Of a stretch of 64,000 nt of DNA, positions 1-11,300 are shown piece by piece. Made by a program: the position numbers and the translations under genes. Position 1 is the first letter of the stretch; the number at the start of each line of letters is the position of its first letter. Below the pieces are notes generated by a model, which was not told the origin of the DNA, made no database searches, and was given only the letters and a program-made list of their open reading frames with translations. This DNA is from a virus, in the IMG/VR virus record IMGVR_UViG_3300023296_000646, positions 1-64,000 of that record, one strand, 5' to 3'.

Positions 1-3000
1 GTTACTTGTCCACCCCTAGCCGCCGTTGTACTGTCTGTCTTAACGAGTATTGCGCCACTATATGCACCGTCAAAAACCATTAACTGTGGTAAGATTGTAC
101 TCGAAGTTACACCTGAATACACTTGAACGACTGCACCTGTACCGTGTGTAGCGACGCCCGTTCCTACCGCCCCCGTAGTGGTTATTGTGCCTGATCCAAG
201 TGCCAACGCTCCCGACATAGTGAGGGAGGTTATCCCTGTTACGGCTCCAACTAATGCGGTCGTGCCGACTACGTGGAGTCTACTTGTAGGCGCTGTCGTC
301 CCTATACCAACCCTGTTATTGGTCGAATTAGCAAAGAATGTATTCGTATCTACGGTTAAGTCACCCGTAACAGTAGCACTTGCAAGCGTAGCCAACCCAC
401 TCGTTTCAAGCGTTGTTATCCCTGAGAGTGCGCCAGCGAATACTGCTTGAGTCGTTCCAGTTGGAATACGTAGAACCTGAGTTCCTGCACTATTTAATAG
501 TCGTAAATCATTAGTTGATCCACTACCGTGAAGTTGTACACCATTCACTGCATCTGAATACATTGCACCTTGACCAGCAGTTGTTGCATCATAACCACCA
601 ACATCGACAATAAATGATCGTCCTGTGGTTACTGTGTTGGTAAATGTCGCGTCGCCTGTTGAGTGGTCTAAACTGAAATATGGCGTACTGGCATCAAGTC
701 CCGTTGCCTTTCCAATCGTGTAAGTATTTCCTGCTGTGTGACCGTCGTTTCCAACCAACCACTTAATAGACTCATTAGAATTATAGGCTATCCAAGCATT
801 GCTTGCGTCAGGAGCGTTAACCGATACGTAGGCAGATCCAGAGGCGGAATTTGAATGGATTTGATACGTACCGTGAACCGCTGCCGTACCTGCTGAGAAG
901 TGAGAACTCACCCCAAGTGTGCCCGACATCTCAGTGTTGCCAGAGCCATCTATTGTGAAATAATTACTATTTCCTAAATCGCTAGACTTACTGATCTTGA
1001 ACGAATCACCATCACTATTATCAATACCAGCACTCCAATTAACTGCACCTGTCAATAGAAAGTTTATACTAGCATCACCAGTACCGTCTTGCTCTACTAA
1101 TATGGCAGGAGTTGTGGTTGTTGTGTCATTAATGTAAATATCCAATGGAAACGACGGTGCGCCACCAATTCCAACGTTACCCGCAAAGGTCGCGTTTTGA
1201 GAAGTGTCAATTGTAATAGCCGCAGTGTCATTTGTATCTATATACAAATAATGCGATGTGGTCGTGCCTATATGGGCGTTGGTATCTTGAGAGTATGCTT
1301 TAAACGTGACAGTATTTGTAGTATCTGTAAGGGTTATAGTCGGAGTTGATGCATCTTCCATGCTTAGATTGTTTGCCGATACCGAACCAGCAACATTCAT
1401 TCCTTTACTAAAGTCAAAAACATCTGTGGTATCGTTAAAACTCATTGAAACGTTTACGTCACTTCCACGATCTACTTCAATACCTGCACCATCTGCAGCG
1501 GCACCGTTTGTGCTACCACTTGCTACTGTGATTATTTTGTCTTCTATGTAGAGTTCTGTTATCTGGGCTTCTATTGTCTCACCAAGAACTACTAAAGAAC
1601 CACTAATAGTTAGCGAACCGCTTACAACTTGATCTCCGTTAAGTGTTATAGATGTACCATTTAGTTTTAGTGGATATGCACCACTACCAACTACAACTAT
1701 ATCAGATGAATTGACTTTAAGTAAATCAATGTTACCACCACCAGATGCTTCACCTAAGATGCCTTTATTATTTGTGTCAAAGTATAAATCACCAGAATTC
1801 AACGCTAAATTACCAGCGTAATCTAATGACATCTTCTCAGTAATAGATCCCGCGTTTCTTGTCCAAAATTCAACGTTTGATTTTTCTGCGCCATCAGTTA
1901 CATCGGTAAATGTATAATTCAAGTAACCCATTGTGGATGTAGTTCCACCATCATCCTCAGATTGAAATGATAATCTAGTTCCTATACCGTTTGCCGCCGT
2001 TCCAGATGTGAGGTGAGTGAATGTTCCAACTGGAGTAACTGCATTCGTCGTTGCGTCTGTTACTGTTTGAGATAATACACCATCATTAATAGTAATATCA
2101 CCAGATGTAATTTCAACATCCCTAGTACCAGTTGGAATTTGTAGAACCGCTTGATTTAAATCATTTTGAATCGTAATATCATATGACGACCCTTGACCAG
2201 CCATTACAAGTCCTTGCGTAGTATTCCACCCAAATTGTGCGTTACTGGACGGTGTACCAATTGCTCCGATGGATGTCACCTTACCAGAAAATGCAGTTTC
2301 AAGTGTATCAAGATTTGAATTCCATACAACTTGACCGCCAGCCGCTCTTCTAAGTTGTATACTATCGGTACCTGTACCGAAATATGCATGAGTATATGTA
2401 CTTCCGCTTGTAGTTGCTATATAAAGTTCCTGACCATCTATTGTAATATCACCACCTACCGAAACGTCACCTACAAATGTTGCATTTTGAGATGCGTCTA
2501 ATGTGAGCGCAATCGTGTCATTCGTTATGATATTCAAATCATGGTTTGAAATCATACCCAAATATCCAGTAGACGTTGATTGGTATGCACCCATTTGGCT
2601 AGTGCTTCTAATACCCCGCCAAATATTACCACCAGCTAATGACGAATCTGTATCGAATCTGAATGATGTGGGTGTCACCGCTACCCCAATGTTGCCAACA
2701 AACGATGCGGATTGATTTGCGTCTAACGTTAGTGCTGTTGTATTATCAACACTAAAAATAATGTTTGAACTAGCTACCGCATCTGCCCTATCTGCAAAAA
2801 ATCCTAGTGAAGTGTTTGATGAAAGTATTTCAGATATGTTGCCACTTGAATCATCTACAATAGCAATTTGGTATCCTTCATCATGTATGTTAAGCGAACC
2901 AGTTATGGTAAAATCACCTTCAATTACTTGATTTGATGCTGAAACAAATGTGATTCCGTCCGTTGAATCTGGGCCGATTTGTAACAGATTTGAGCCATCA

Positions 3001-3116
3001 GCACCAATAACATCGAGTCTACCGTCAGCTTGTGCTACAAAATTGACACTTGCACTTGCAGATCCTGTGAACTGAAGTGAAGCATTCGCTGGTGTGATTA
3101 ATACATTGTTAGCCAT
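1..3116 (-). CDS. Tail fibre-like protein, truncated at window start (not in ORF track)
   Basis: ATG at 3116 (MANNVLITPANASLQFTGS...). The frame reads open over the part I translated and appears to run off the edge. It is G/S/T-rich, has GNVGIG and ALTLDxSQNATF motifs, and shares a 58-aa block with the 2981-aa fibre. Confidence 0.8.
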   Translation of the reverse strand, partial: MANNVLITPANASLQFTGSASASVNFVAQADGRLDVIGADGSNLLQIGPDSTDGITFVSASNQVIEGDFTITGSLNIHDEGYQIAIVDDSSGNISEILSSNTSLGFFADRADAVASSNIIFSVDNTTALTLDANQSASFVGNIGVAVTPTSFRFDTDSSLAGGNIWRGIRSTSQMGAYQSTSTGYLGMISNHDLNIITNDTIALTLDASQNATFVGDVSVGGDITIDGQELYIATTSGSTYTHAYFGTGTDSIQLRRAAGGQVVWNSNLDTLETAFSGKVTSIGAIGTPSSNAQFGWNTTQGLVMAGQGSSYDITIQNDLNQAVLQIPTGTRDVEITSGDITINDGVLSQTVTDATTNAVTPVGTFTHLTSGTAANGIGTRLSFQSEDDGGTTSTMGYLNYTFTDVTDGAEKSNVEFWTRNAGSITEKMSLDYAGNLALNSGDLYFDTNNKGILGEASGGGNIDLLKVNSSDIVVVGSGAYPLKLNGTSITLNGDQVVSGSLTISGSLVVLGETIEAQITELYIEDKIITVASGSTNGAAADGAGIEVDRGSDVNVSMSFNDTTDVFDFSKGMNVAGSVSANNLSMEDASTPTITLTDTTNTVTFKAYSQDTNAHIGTTTSHYLYIDTNDTAAITIDTSQNATFAGNVGIGGAPSFPLDIYINDTTTTTPAILVEQDGTGDASINFLLTGAVNWSAGIDNSDGDSFKISKSSDLGNSNYFTIDGSGNTEMSGTLGVSSHFSAGTAAVHGTYQIHSNSASGSAYVSVNAPDASNAWIAYNSNESIKWLVGNDGHTAGNTYTIGKATGLDASTPYFSLDHSTGDATFTNTVTTGRSFIVDVGGYDATTAGQGAMYSDAVNGVQLHGSGSTNDLRLLNSAGTQVLRIPTGTTQAVFAGALSGITTLETSGLATLASATVTGDLTVDTNTFFANSTNNRVGIGTTAPTSRLHVVGTTALVGAVTGITSLTMSGALALGSGTITTTGAVGTGVATHGTGAVVQVYSGVTSSTILPQLMVFDGAYSGAILVKTDSTTAARGGQV

Positions 3117-3144
3117 TTAGATCTCTATGTTATTCTTTCTCTTC

Positions 3145-3153
3145 TATAAATAT
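3145..3153 (-). promoter_or_regulatory. Candidate late promoter ATATTTATA
   Basis: Recurrent intergenic 9-mer, about 30 nt upstream of ATG 3116. Confidence 0.6.
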
Positions 3154-3213
3154 ACCTTGCTAGTGAAACCTATTGTTTTATTTGTATCTTGACTTTTGTG
3201 CGTTGTAATTTGT

Positions 3214-3957
3214 TTAGAAGTACTTGCCTTTGGTGTTGGTATAGTTCTCCAGAATTTCAGATGCTGTGAGTTGTCGGTTGTACATTTTAACAGAACCGAA
3301 ATGTCCTGCGAAATTATTTATATCATCAAGATCACGCATTAAATAATGGTAGGTATTACCTGTATTTGTTGCCCAAGATCCTACTGCGAATGGTGAACTA
3401 GTCAATACACCATCTTCATAATATGAACCAGATGCCACACCATTGGCTTCACACGTCATGGCGTAGTGTCGCCACCCACCCAGTAAGAATGTTCCAACTG
3501 CTGATGCTTGTGATCCATAAAAGCGAATAGCATTTGATGGTGGACTACTTCCGTATCCTAAATTAATTTGCATTTGTGCGCCGTTACCTGTTGCATTATC
3601 ATTCTCCGAAAATGTAGATCCACATTGCTGTGCCCCGTCTGTTGGGGTTGCCGTACCCATTGCCCAAAATTCTAAAGTAAAGTCGCCATGAATGTTTAAA
3701 TACGCCACAGAACCCGTTATCGTACCATCACTTATATTGGTGGATCTAATATATGCAGAATCTACTGAGACAGATTCACTATGAATAAGTGAGATTGCCC
3801 CAGATGCTTCCGTCAGAGTCCATCCCATCATCTCATAATTGGTACCATTACCACTTAGATCTAGCATACTGCCAGATGAATAACATCTATCAGAACTCAC
3901 ATCTAAAGCAAGAATCAGCCCGTCTGTAATTATTTTTCCACCGCCTTTAACTGCCAT
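3214..3957 (-). CDS. LamG/concanavalin-A-like lectin domain virion protein (paralogue 3)
   Basis: N-terminal IITDGLILALD..S..Y and C-terminal MYNRQLTASEILENY, typical of phage LamG proteins. Confidence 0.8.
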   Translation of the reverse strand: MAVKGGGKIITDGLILALDVSSDRCYSSGSMLDLSGNGTNYEMMGWTLTEASGAISLIHSESVSVDSAYIRSTNISDGTITGSVAYLNIHGDFTLEFWAMGTATPTDGAQQCGSTFSENDNATGNGAQMQINLGYGSSPPSNAIRFYGSQASAVGTFLLGGWRHYAMTCEANGVASGSYYEDGVLTSSPFAVGSWATNTGNTYHYLMRDLDDINNFAGHFGSVKMYNRQLTASEILENYTNTKGKYF

Positions 3958-4667
3958 TAGTCAAACCTCCCTTTAAGTACATTATAATTTTGAGTAATTT
4001 CGGCTTGGGTTAATACTCGGTCATAAATCATAAAATTTGCCATATTACCTCGTACAACTTCATCAGCAACACCTTCTCTAGCCCCAATTAAAAACGTGCC
4101 TGTACTTGGAGCAAATGTTTGATGTACCTGTGAACTCATAACACTTCCAGATGTGTTTATATATAATGATGCAGTCGTATCAGTTCTAGTAAGTGTGATC
4201 ATATTCCAATTAGATTCCAATTGAGCTACTACATTTTCTGATGTTGCCGTTAACCAACTTTGAGATACACTGCTTTGACATAAAATATCCTCCCCAGCAC
4301 CACCCCCAGTTCTTAATTGATATACTGAATATGTTGTTGATTCTTGAAGAGCGAAGAACTTTTTGTTTTCTAAAAGTCCATTACCGTAAAACCAAAACGA
4401 AACAGAGAAATCACCAGTAATAAAATCTACATTGTTACCAACTGCTAACGATATTTCTGTACCATCTACTCCATCTAGTGCCATAGTATTAATGCTAGAA
4501 CTAACAGTACCTATTGATTCTGCACTTAGTGTTCCGTCGTACCCATTCCCAGAAATATCTGTCCAAGTCGTACCGCCAACGTCGCCATCATATGATCTAG
4601 GTGATGACGCGTCCAGTGCGAGCATTAATCCGTCTGTTACTATTTGCCCACCATTTTTAAAAGCCAT
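3957..4667 (-). CDS. LamG/concanavalin-A-like lectin domain virion protein (paralogue 2)
   Basis: IVTDGLMLALDASSPRSY...TWTDISGNG...IYDRVLTQAEITQNYN. Confidence 0.85.
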   Translation of the reverse strand: MAFKNGGQIVTDGLMLALDASSPRSYDGDVGGTTWTDISGNGYDGTLSAESIGTVSSSINTMALDGVDGTEISLAVGNNVDFITGDFSVSFWFYGNGLLENKKFFALQESTTYSVYQLRTGGGAGEDILCQSSVSQSWLTATSENVVAQLESNWNMITLTRTDTTASLYINTSGSVMSSQVHQTFAPSTGTFLIGAREGVADEVVRGNMANFMIYDRVLTQAEITQNYNVLKGRFD

Positions 4668-5389
4668 TATAGGAACCTCCCTTTAGTTGCGTTGTAGTTT
4701 TGTAAGACTTCTGTAGATGTCAATTCCTTACTGTACATGTGAGTCATGGCTATATTTCCGTGAAAAAATCTATCTGGGCCAGTCATGGCACCAATATTTA
4801 ATGCTGAGCTAAAATCATCCATGGCCACATATGTCCCACTAGTAGTGTCCGTATCATCTACCTGAACACCGTTTAGGTAAATTTTAATTCCACTTTCCGA
4901 ACTACCACCATCATATGTTCCAGTTATGTTGTACCATGTATCAGTAGATAATGCTGTTGAATAATATCTACCAATAGAACCATTATTAGTCTGATCGTAC
5001 ATTAAAAATTCTACTTCACCGTTTTGTGTATCAAGTCTCCACTCAGATGTACCACTGCCGTATTTTGATACTACGTAATTGTCTTCAGTTAAAGTTTTTA
5101 CGTAAACCCATGCGTTGACTGAAAATGGTGAATCCGTTACGCCATCACCAAATGTAAATACAGGTGAATCACCCATTGTTATATAATCTGAGCTTGCAGA
5201 TTCAAATGCCATGGCATTTAAACTAGAACTGACAGTACCGACTACTTCTGCGCTTAATGTCCCATCATTTCCATTCCCGCTCAGATCTGTCCAAGTAGTG
5301 CCACTTCCTGCGTACGATCTGTCTGAACTTGCGTCTAAAGCTAAAACTAGCGAATCCGTTATTATTCCACCACCGTATAAATTTCCCAT
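4667..5389 (-). CDS. LamG/concanavalin-A-like lectin domain virion protein (paralogue 1)
   Basis: LVLALDASSDRSYAGSGTTWTDLSGNG, WYNITGTYDG, KIYLNG, YSKELTSTEVLQNYN. Confidence 0.88.
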   Translation of the reverse strand: MGNLYGGGIITDSLVLALDASSDRSYAGSGTTWTDLSGNGNDGTLSAEVVGTVSSSLNAMAFESASSDYITMGDSPVFTFGDGVTDSPFSVNAWVYVKTLTEDNYVVSKYGSGTSEWRLDTQNGEVEFLMYDQTNNGSIGRYYSTALSTDTWYNITGTYDGGSSESGIKIYLNGVQVDDTDTTSGTYVAMDDFSSALNIGAMTGPDRFFHGNIAMTHMYSKELTSTEVLQNYNATKGRFL

Positions 5390-8300
5390 TATTGATTTAC
5401 CTCTAATTTTGGAACGTCTTTTCGTTCAGCATGTATTAAATAGAAACAGTTAATAATTCCTGTTTCTGAATCTATGTACACTTTATTATTTTTTACCTTT
5501 ACAAACCAATGTAGGACAGGTCCGTTAGCTGAAGTCAATTGGACCGTTATGGAGTCCTCGTGCGTTAGCCAAGCCCACTCTTCTGGAAGTTCTATAATAT
5601 CAGTTGTAGCTTTGCCTCGATAGCTTACAGAGTGTTCCCCTGCCTCTACAGAACCATATACAAGACTTCCGCCCTTAACAGGATCTTTGATTTTGAATGA
5701 TTTTGTGAGACCTGAAATTGCTCCTGTAACATCTAGTGATCCAGTTACACCCACTGCCCCATTTGTAATATCTACAACTTCACCACCAGCCGATAGCGTC
5801 ATTTGATTCGTTCTAAATCTAACGTTGGTGTCAGTATCGCTCGTATGATATAAGAATTCTTCAATCCGAACATCTGTAGCGAGATTAACTTGACCAGTTG
5901 CAGTTAAATCATTAGCGAATGTTGCATTCTGAGAACTGTCCAGAGTGAGTGCTAGTGTAAGTGCACCAGAAGCAGGTCGAGTCATGAACTCTATAGATCC
6001 TTCGTTAGTCGCAGAATCATCATGTACAATTGCTATTCTAGCAGATGTACCACCTGATGAGTTCGTACCATCAAACTTACTAAATACTCCAGCAGTAGAA
6101 GTCATATTTCGAACTGTTAGTCCAATTGAATTAGCAGTTGCAATATGATTAGTTTGAGACCCAGAACTTTGTAATGAGAATTGAGATCCGTATGATTTAA
6201 CACCACCATTAAAATATGCTTGATCTGATTGATCGTAATAGAACGTAGTCTGAGATGGAACTCCAGCAGTGACTGCACCAAATCCAAATGCCATGATATT
6301 ATCGGTAGTACCTGATGCATTGGTGCTTGATATTGCGCCACGTCCCGAACCTACGTTTTGGAATGCAGTTACAACCCCATTCGTTGTACCAGCTTGTACC
6401 GTTACTGAGGCTTGGATTCCAGAAGGTTGTTCAACGGTTAGAGATCCAGAAACATCAAGAGATCCAGTTACTTGAGCACCAGATGTATTTACGTTTACTA
6501 TTTGAGTACCACCAGCTATAAGAGAAAGTTCATTTGCTCCAGAGTGCCCGATACCTGTATCTGCATCACCAGCGACAACAAATACAGGATTTGTACTGGA
6601 TGCTACTTCGTTCAACATTAATGGGTATCCAGCGTCATTCCTTCCAAAAAGACTTGTACCAAATTCCCACCGCGCATTGCCCCCTATAGAAACTTCTAAA
6701 ACGTCATCTGCTGATTCGTAAAATCCTGTGTCACCATCGCCAAATGCAATTGTAGGTGCCGCTGAAGTTCCGCTTCCAGAAACTGTTAGTGATCCAGTAA
6801 TTTGAGTATCATCTAAGATCTGAATTGTTGGATTCGTAGTAGTGTTACCAAGAACAACTTGCTCAGAACTATTTGTTGTGTGAACTGCGATGTACTCATT
6901 TGATCCTTGTTTTACAACAAACATATCATGTTGATTATCAACACCACTTACAGATAGTGCAGATCCTGCTGAACTGTTTATGTCAACTGATCCAGTTACA
7001 TTCACACCAGAAGAATTAATTTCCATTCTCTGGGTATCAGATATTGTTGTATGGAATGTTATACTGTTATTAGCGTGTTGCATAATCCTAAGATTATTGT
7101 TTACAACTGTTTGCCCTATAAAAATACCTTGACCAGCACCCTGATCTGTTTTTCTCATATGGATATAATTCTCACCACCAGCAACGGTTGCACCTTCAAT
7201 TTGTAGTGATGCAGTTGGAAGTGAAGTACCGATACCAACATTCCCACCAAATTCAGTCGTTCCACCATTTGTTTGGATTTTCAAGTTCCTAGCTACTGGG
7301 TTGTGATCATCGACATTCATCGAAATAAATCTACTTCCAGTAGTATTGTTAGATACCCCAGCAGATACTACCAACTTTGTGTGGGTAGTTGGCGTTGCTG
7401 AATCACCTCTAAATGTTGCTATAGATCCTGTAGTGTCTGCTGTTATACCAGTTACCCTAGTTATTAAGGATCCTGTTACTGTAGTGTCACCACCAATATT
7501 AATGGTCCCATCCGTATTCAGAACGAGTTGTTCAACCCTTGTTGATGAACCTGCCCACATATATACGTTTCCAGCGTTCGCGGCTGTAAATGAATCAACA
7601 GTGAGGTCAGTATAATTTTGACGAATTGAAAAATAATCAGATCCTACACCGTCACCATTTGAACCATCTACAAGTAGTGCCGCATCTCCTGTGCCTGTTT
7701 GCCCAACACGCATTGTGGAAATATCGGTGCTATCACGTGTGGCAACAAGGGTTCCTGTGGCTGTAATGATTCCAGATGTGCCATTATCTTGAATTCTAAA
7801 GAATTCCTGTGCATTTGATGCTTGGAATATATGATCTTCACCATTATTGGCTTTATAAACTACATCGTTAGAAGAAGACACAAACATAGTTGTTCGATTC
7901 GTACCACCAACGTCTTTCCACTGTAATACTTGGGCATTGTCAAGACCAATTTCACCAGTAGCTTTTAAAGATCCAGTTACCTGAACGTTTCCGTTAGGAA
8001 TAAACACATCCCCGTTACCTTTCACTTTAAATACAAGTGTGTCATACAATTCAGATGACATGTAACTTCCGTTACCAGAAATAACAGAGAATGAATCACT
8101 ACTGTCGTTATCACGAATACCAACGACAATACTACCATTATTTCCACCTTCTATGATCGAACCAAAATCGCTTGAAGCATTTACGCTTGCAGTAATATCA
8201 GTATCGGCTGAGTTGTACCCACGGATACGCATAGATTCATTTGCAGATCCACCATCCTTAGATACACTAAGAGATCCAGATACTTGAACATCATCTTTAA

Positions 8301-11300
8301 ATGCTATGATATTCGTGTCACGAGCAACGTGCATAATATCAGTAGTACCTTCCCGTAGATAGAAATCATTAGATTCCATCTCCAAATACCAATTGTAACT
8401 ATTGTCACTAAATTGTACTTGGGGATTGTTACCACCACCAATACCAGATGAATCGTTTATGCGAAGTTTTGTAGATTCAATAGTAACGTCACCACCAAAT
8501 GTTCCAGTAGTTGTTACACTAAGACTACCGCTCAAGTCAGTAGATCCGCTAACCGTTAATTCAGCAGTTGGAGTAGATGTTCTAATTCCAACAAAATCTG
8601 AACTATTGTCATAAATTAGATTTGTTGCACCATCCGTAGTACCTGCATTGTTATATTGCATTTGAGTATTACTACCAGCACCTGCTGCAACACCAACTGA
8701 TGCAGTTACGTTTGTCAATCCAGATCCGTCACCAACAAATGTTCCAAAGGATGCAGTTGAAGATGATGAGCCTGACAGTAAGCCGTCTGGGGTTAATCGC
8801 ATTAATTCAACCCACACTGCGTTAGCGTCAGCAACTTCAGATGTAGCAGATGACCAAACCATACCTTCACTATCTGCGTTGATATATGTTGAGAATGATG
8901 GACCAGTGCCTTTATGCTTCCATGCACCATCGTAATATGCATTCGAAAGAATATAGATTGAATCATTTGCAGTTCCTGCCATAATAGCAGATTCGAAGAA
9001 CTCAATAGCACCAAACGATGTAGACCAATTTTCAATATCAGTAGTTCCGATCCCGATAGCGTATGAATCAGATGCAATTCGCATTCGCTCCGTATCGCTC
9101 GTTGCGAAGTTTATATACGATGCTTCACTGTTCCAAATTTGACCTGCCTCATCATCATTCATACCAAACAATACACCATCTGTAGCTGTTGTTCCTGTTG
9201 TGGTATTTGTGAATTGTATTCGCCCACCACTGGTACTTGATCTATGTATGTTTACAATCCTTGCAGTATCTGCATTAACTCTAAGTACTTCATCCGCGTG
9301 ACTCGTTGCGGATGTAGTTCCAATAAGGAAATTACCGCTACTGTCAAATCTTGCAACTTCATCTGATGTAGCAATACCTGCGTTGTAGAATATAATAGGA
9401 TTTGCTACTTCATTTCCAATGGCTATACCATTCGTTCCACTTTGAGCGTCTAAAAACGCGCGGTTTTCTAATATATTTGCACTACCCGAACCACCAATTC
9501 CAAATACTGCACCAGATCCGTCTGAATTTTCAGCTTCTAAAAATGTGTTGACAGTATTATCTGTAGTTTCTTGTAATCGAAGTCTGTGAGTGGCACCAGT
9601 TCCAACTATATCTAATGTGAATGCAGGGGATGTTGTTCCTATACCTATATTACCAGATGCACTTATGTAAAGAGAATTTGCTTCTGCTTCAGCCGCAACT
9701 GTTATAATATTTAAACTATCTGATTGATTTCGTAATTTGAATACTCCTGTAGTATCAGTAAGCATTCTCCACTGCTTTTGATCTGCACTTTGAATTGATA
9801 TTGCAGTGTCACCACTACCAGAAACGTGCATTAGATCAGTTGGTGAAGAAGTTCCAATACCAACTTTACCGTCACCCTTCATTGTTAATATATCACCACC
9901 ACCTAAGTCGGTTGTGAACTTGAGTTTGTTTTCTCCACCTGCACCTGCGAAATCACCTCGGAGTTCGAATTCATCAAAATTGACACCTTCAGCAAATCCA
10001 ATAAGTACAACATCATCATCCGAGCCTACGTTGGTAAATTGTAATTTACCAGCATCTATATTTAGTCTACCTTCGGGTGCAGATGTACCAATACCAACGT
10101 TACCAGTAGTGTGCACTGCACCAAACGATCCAGTGTCACTTGTTATATCATCTAAATTTATGTCACCAATTACAGATAGGTTGCCAGAGACATATAGATC
10201 TCCTGTAAAGCTACCAGTTCCGTTTACATCAAGTTCATATTGTGCATTTGGTTTATTGATACCAATGTCGCCAGATGAAGATACGTTGAAGATTGGAACT
10301 CCAGATGAATCGTTGACTGACATTAATGTGCCTTCGAAAGTATCAACTACTTCAAATAAACTTCCAGATGTTCCTTCTACTTTGAATACTGAAGCTCCGC
10401 CGACTGAAGATGATACGTAAAGTCCACCATCAACGTTAACTGTGTACCCTGCTTCTGATGTTGATGTGCCGAACGATGCCGAATCAGCAGTAATACCCGC
10501 CGTAAATGTTGCAAGATTGGTACTGTCATCTATGTTGAGAATTGATGTTGTTTCATTATACAGATCGAAATTTCCAAACGAATCAACACCCATTTGCCAA
10601 TATTCACCACCACCCCCCGCATTCTCAAGAATTTGAATAGCGTAACCCGATCCATCACTAAATGCACGTATAAGACTGTTGGAATTTATATTTCCGTCAA
10701 ACGTAGCAGTATTAGTGGTGGTAAGTGATCCAGTTATTTGAACGTGTGTGGCAGATGTATCAATAACAATAATGTCAGATGCTGTATCACCTATAGTAAT
10801 ATCTATATTACCATCTGATTGAATTGTAAGTTTACCAGCGACATTCGTAATTTCACCAATATATGTATCTGACGCACCACCGACCCTAAATCCACTTCCA
10901 TTGTCAATTGTAATATCAGCAGATGCCGTAACGGGTCCTGTTAGTGCTGTACTACCAGCAAAAATTGCGTGTTCTGCACCAGATGCTCCAGACAATGTTA
11001 AATTCGTAATATCATTGTCACCCTTCAGAGCCGTTACCGCTCCAACCTTATTTGAACCAACTTCAAACACTGAGTTATTGTACACCCATCGCAGTTGTGC
11101 GCCAGTATTATCAGTGGGGGAACCAAATGCAATAGAAGATGCGTTTGAGTCTGGAGTTAGTATTGTTATACCCCCACTTGAACTATGCTCTATCACTAAA
11201 TCGTCTGCACCAGTATTTGCAGTAGTTGCTCCAGCATCACCAGTTCTGAAATATCCAGATCCACTTACTATTGTATTTTGGTTTAAATTAATTGTGGTAC

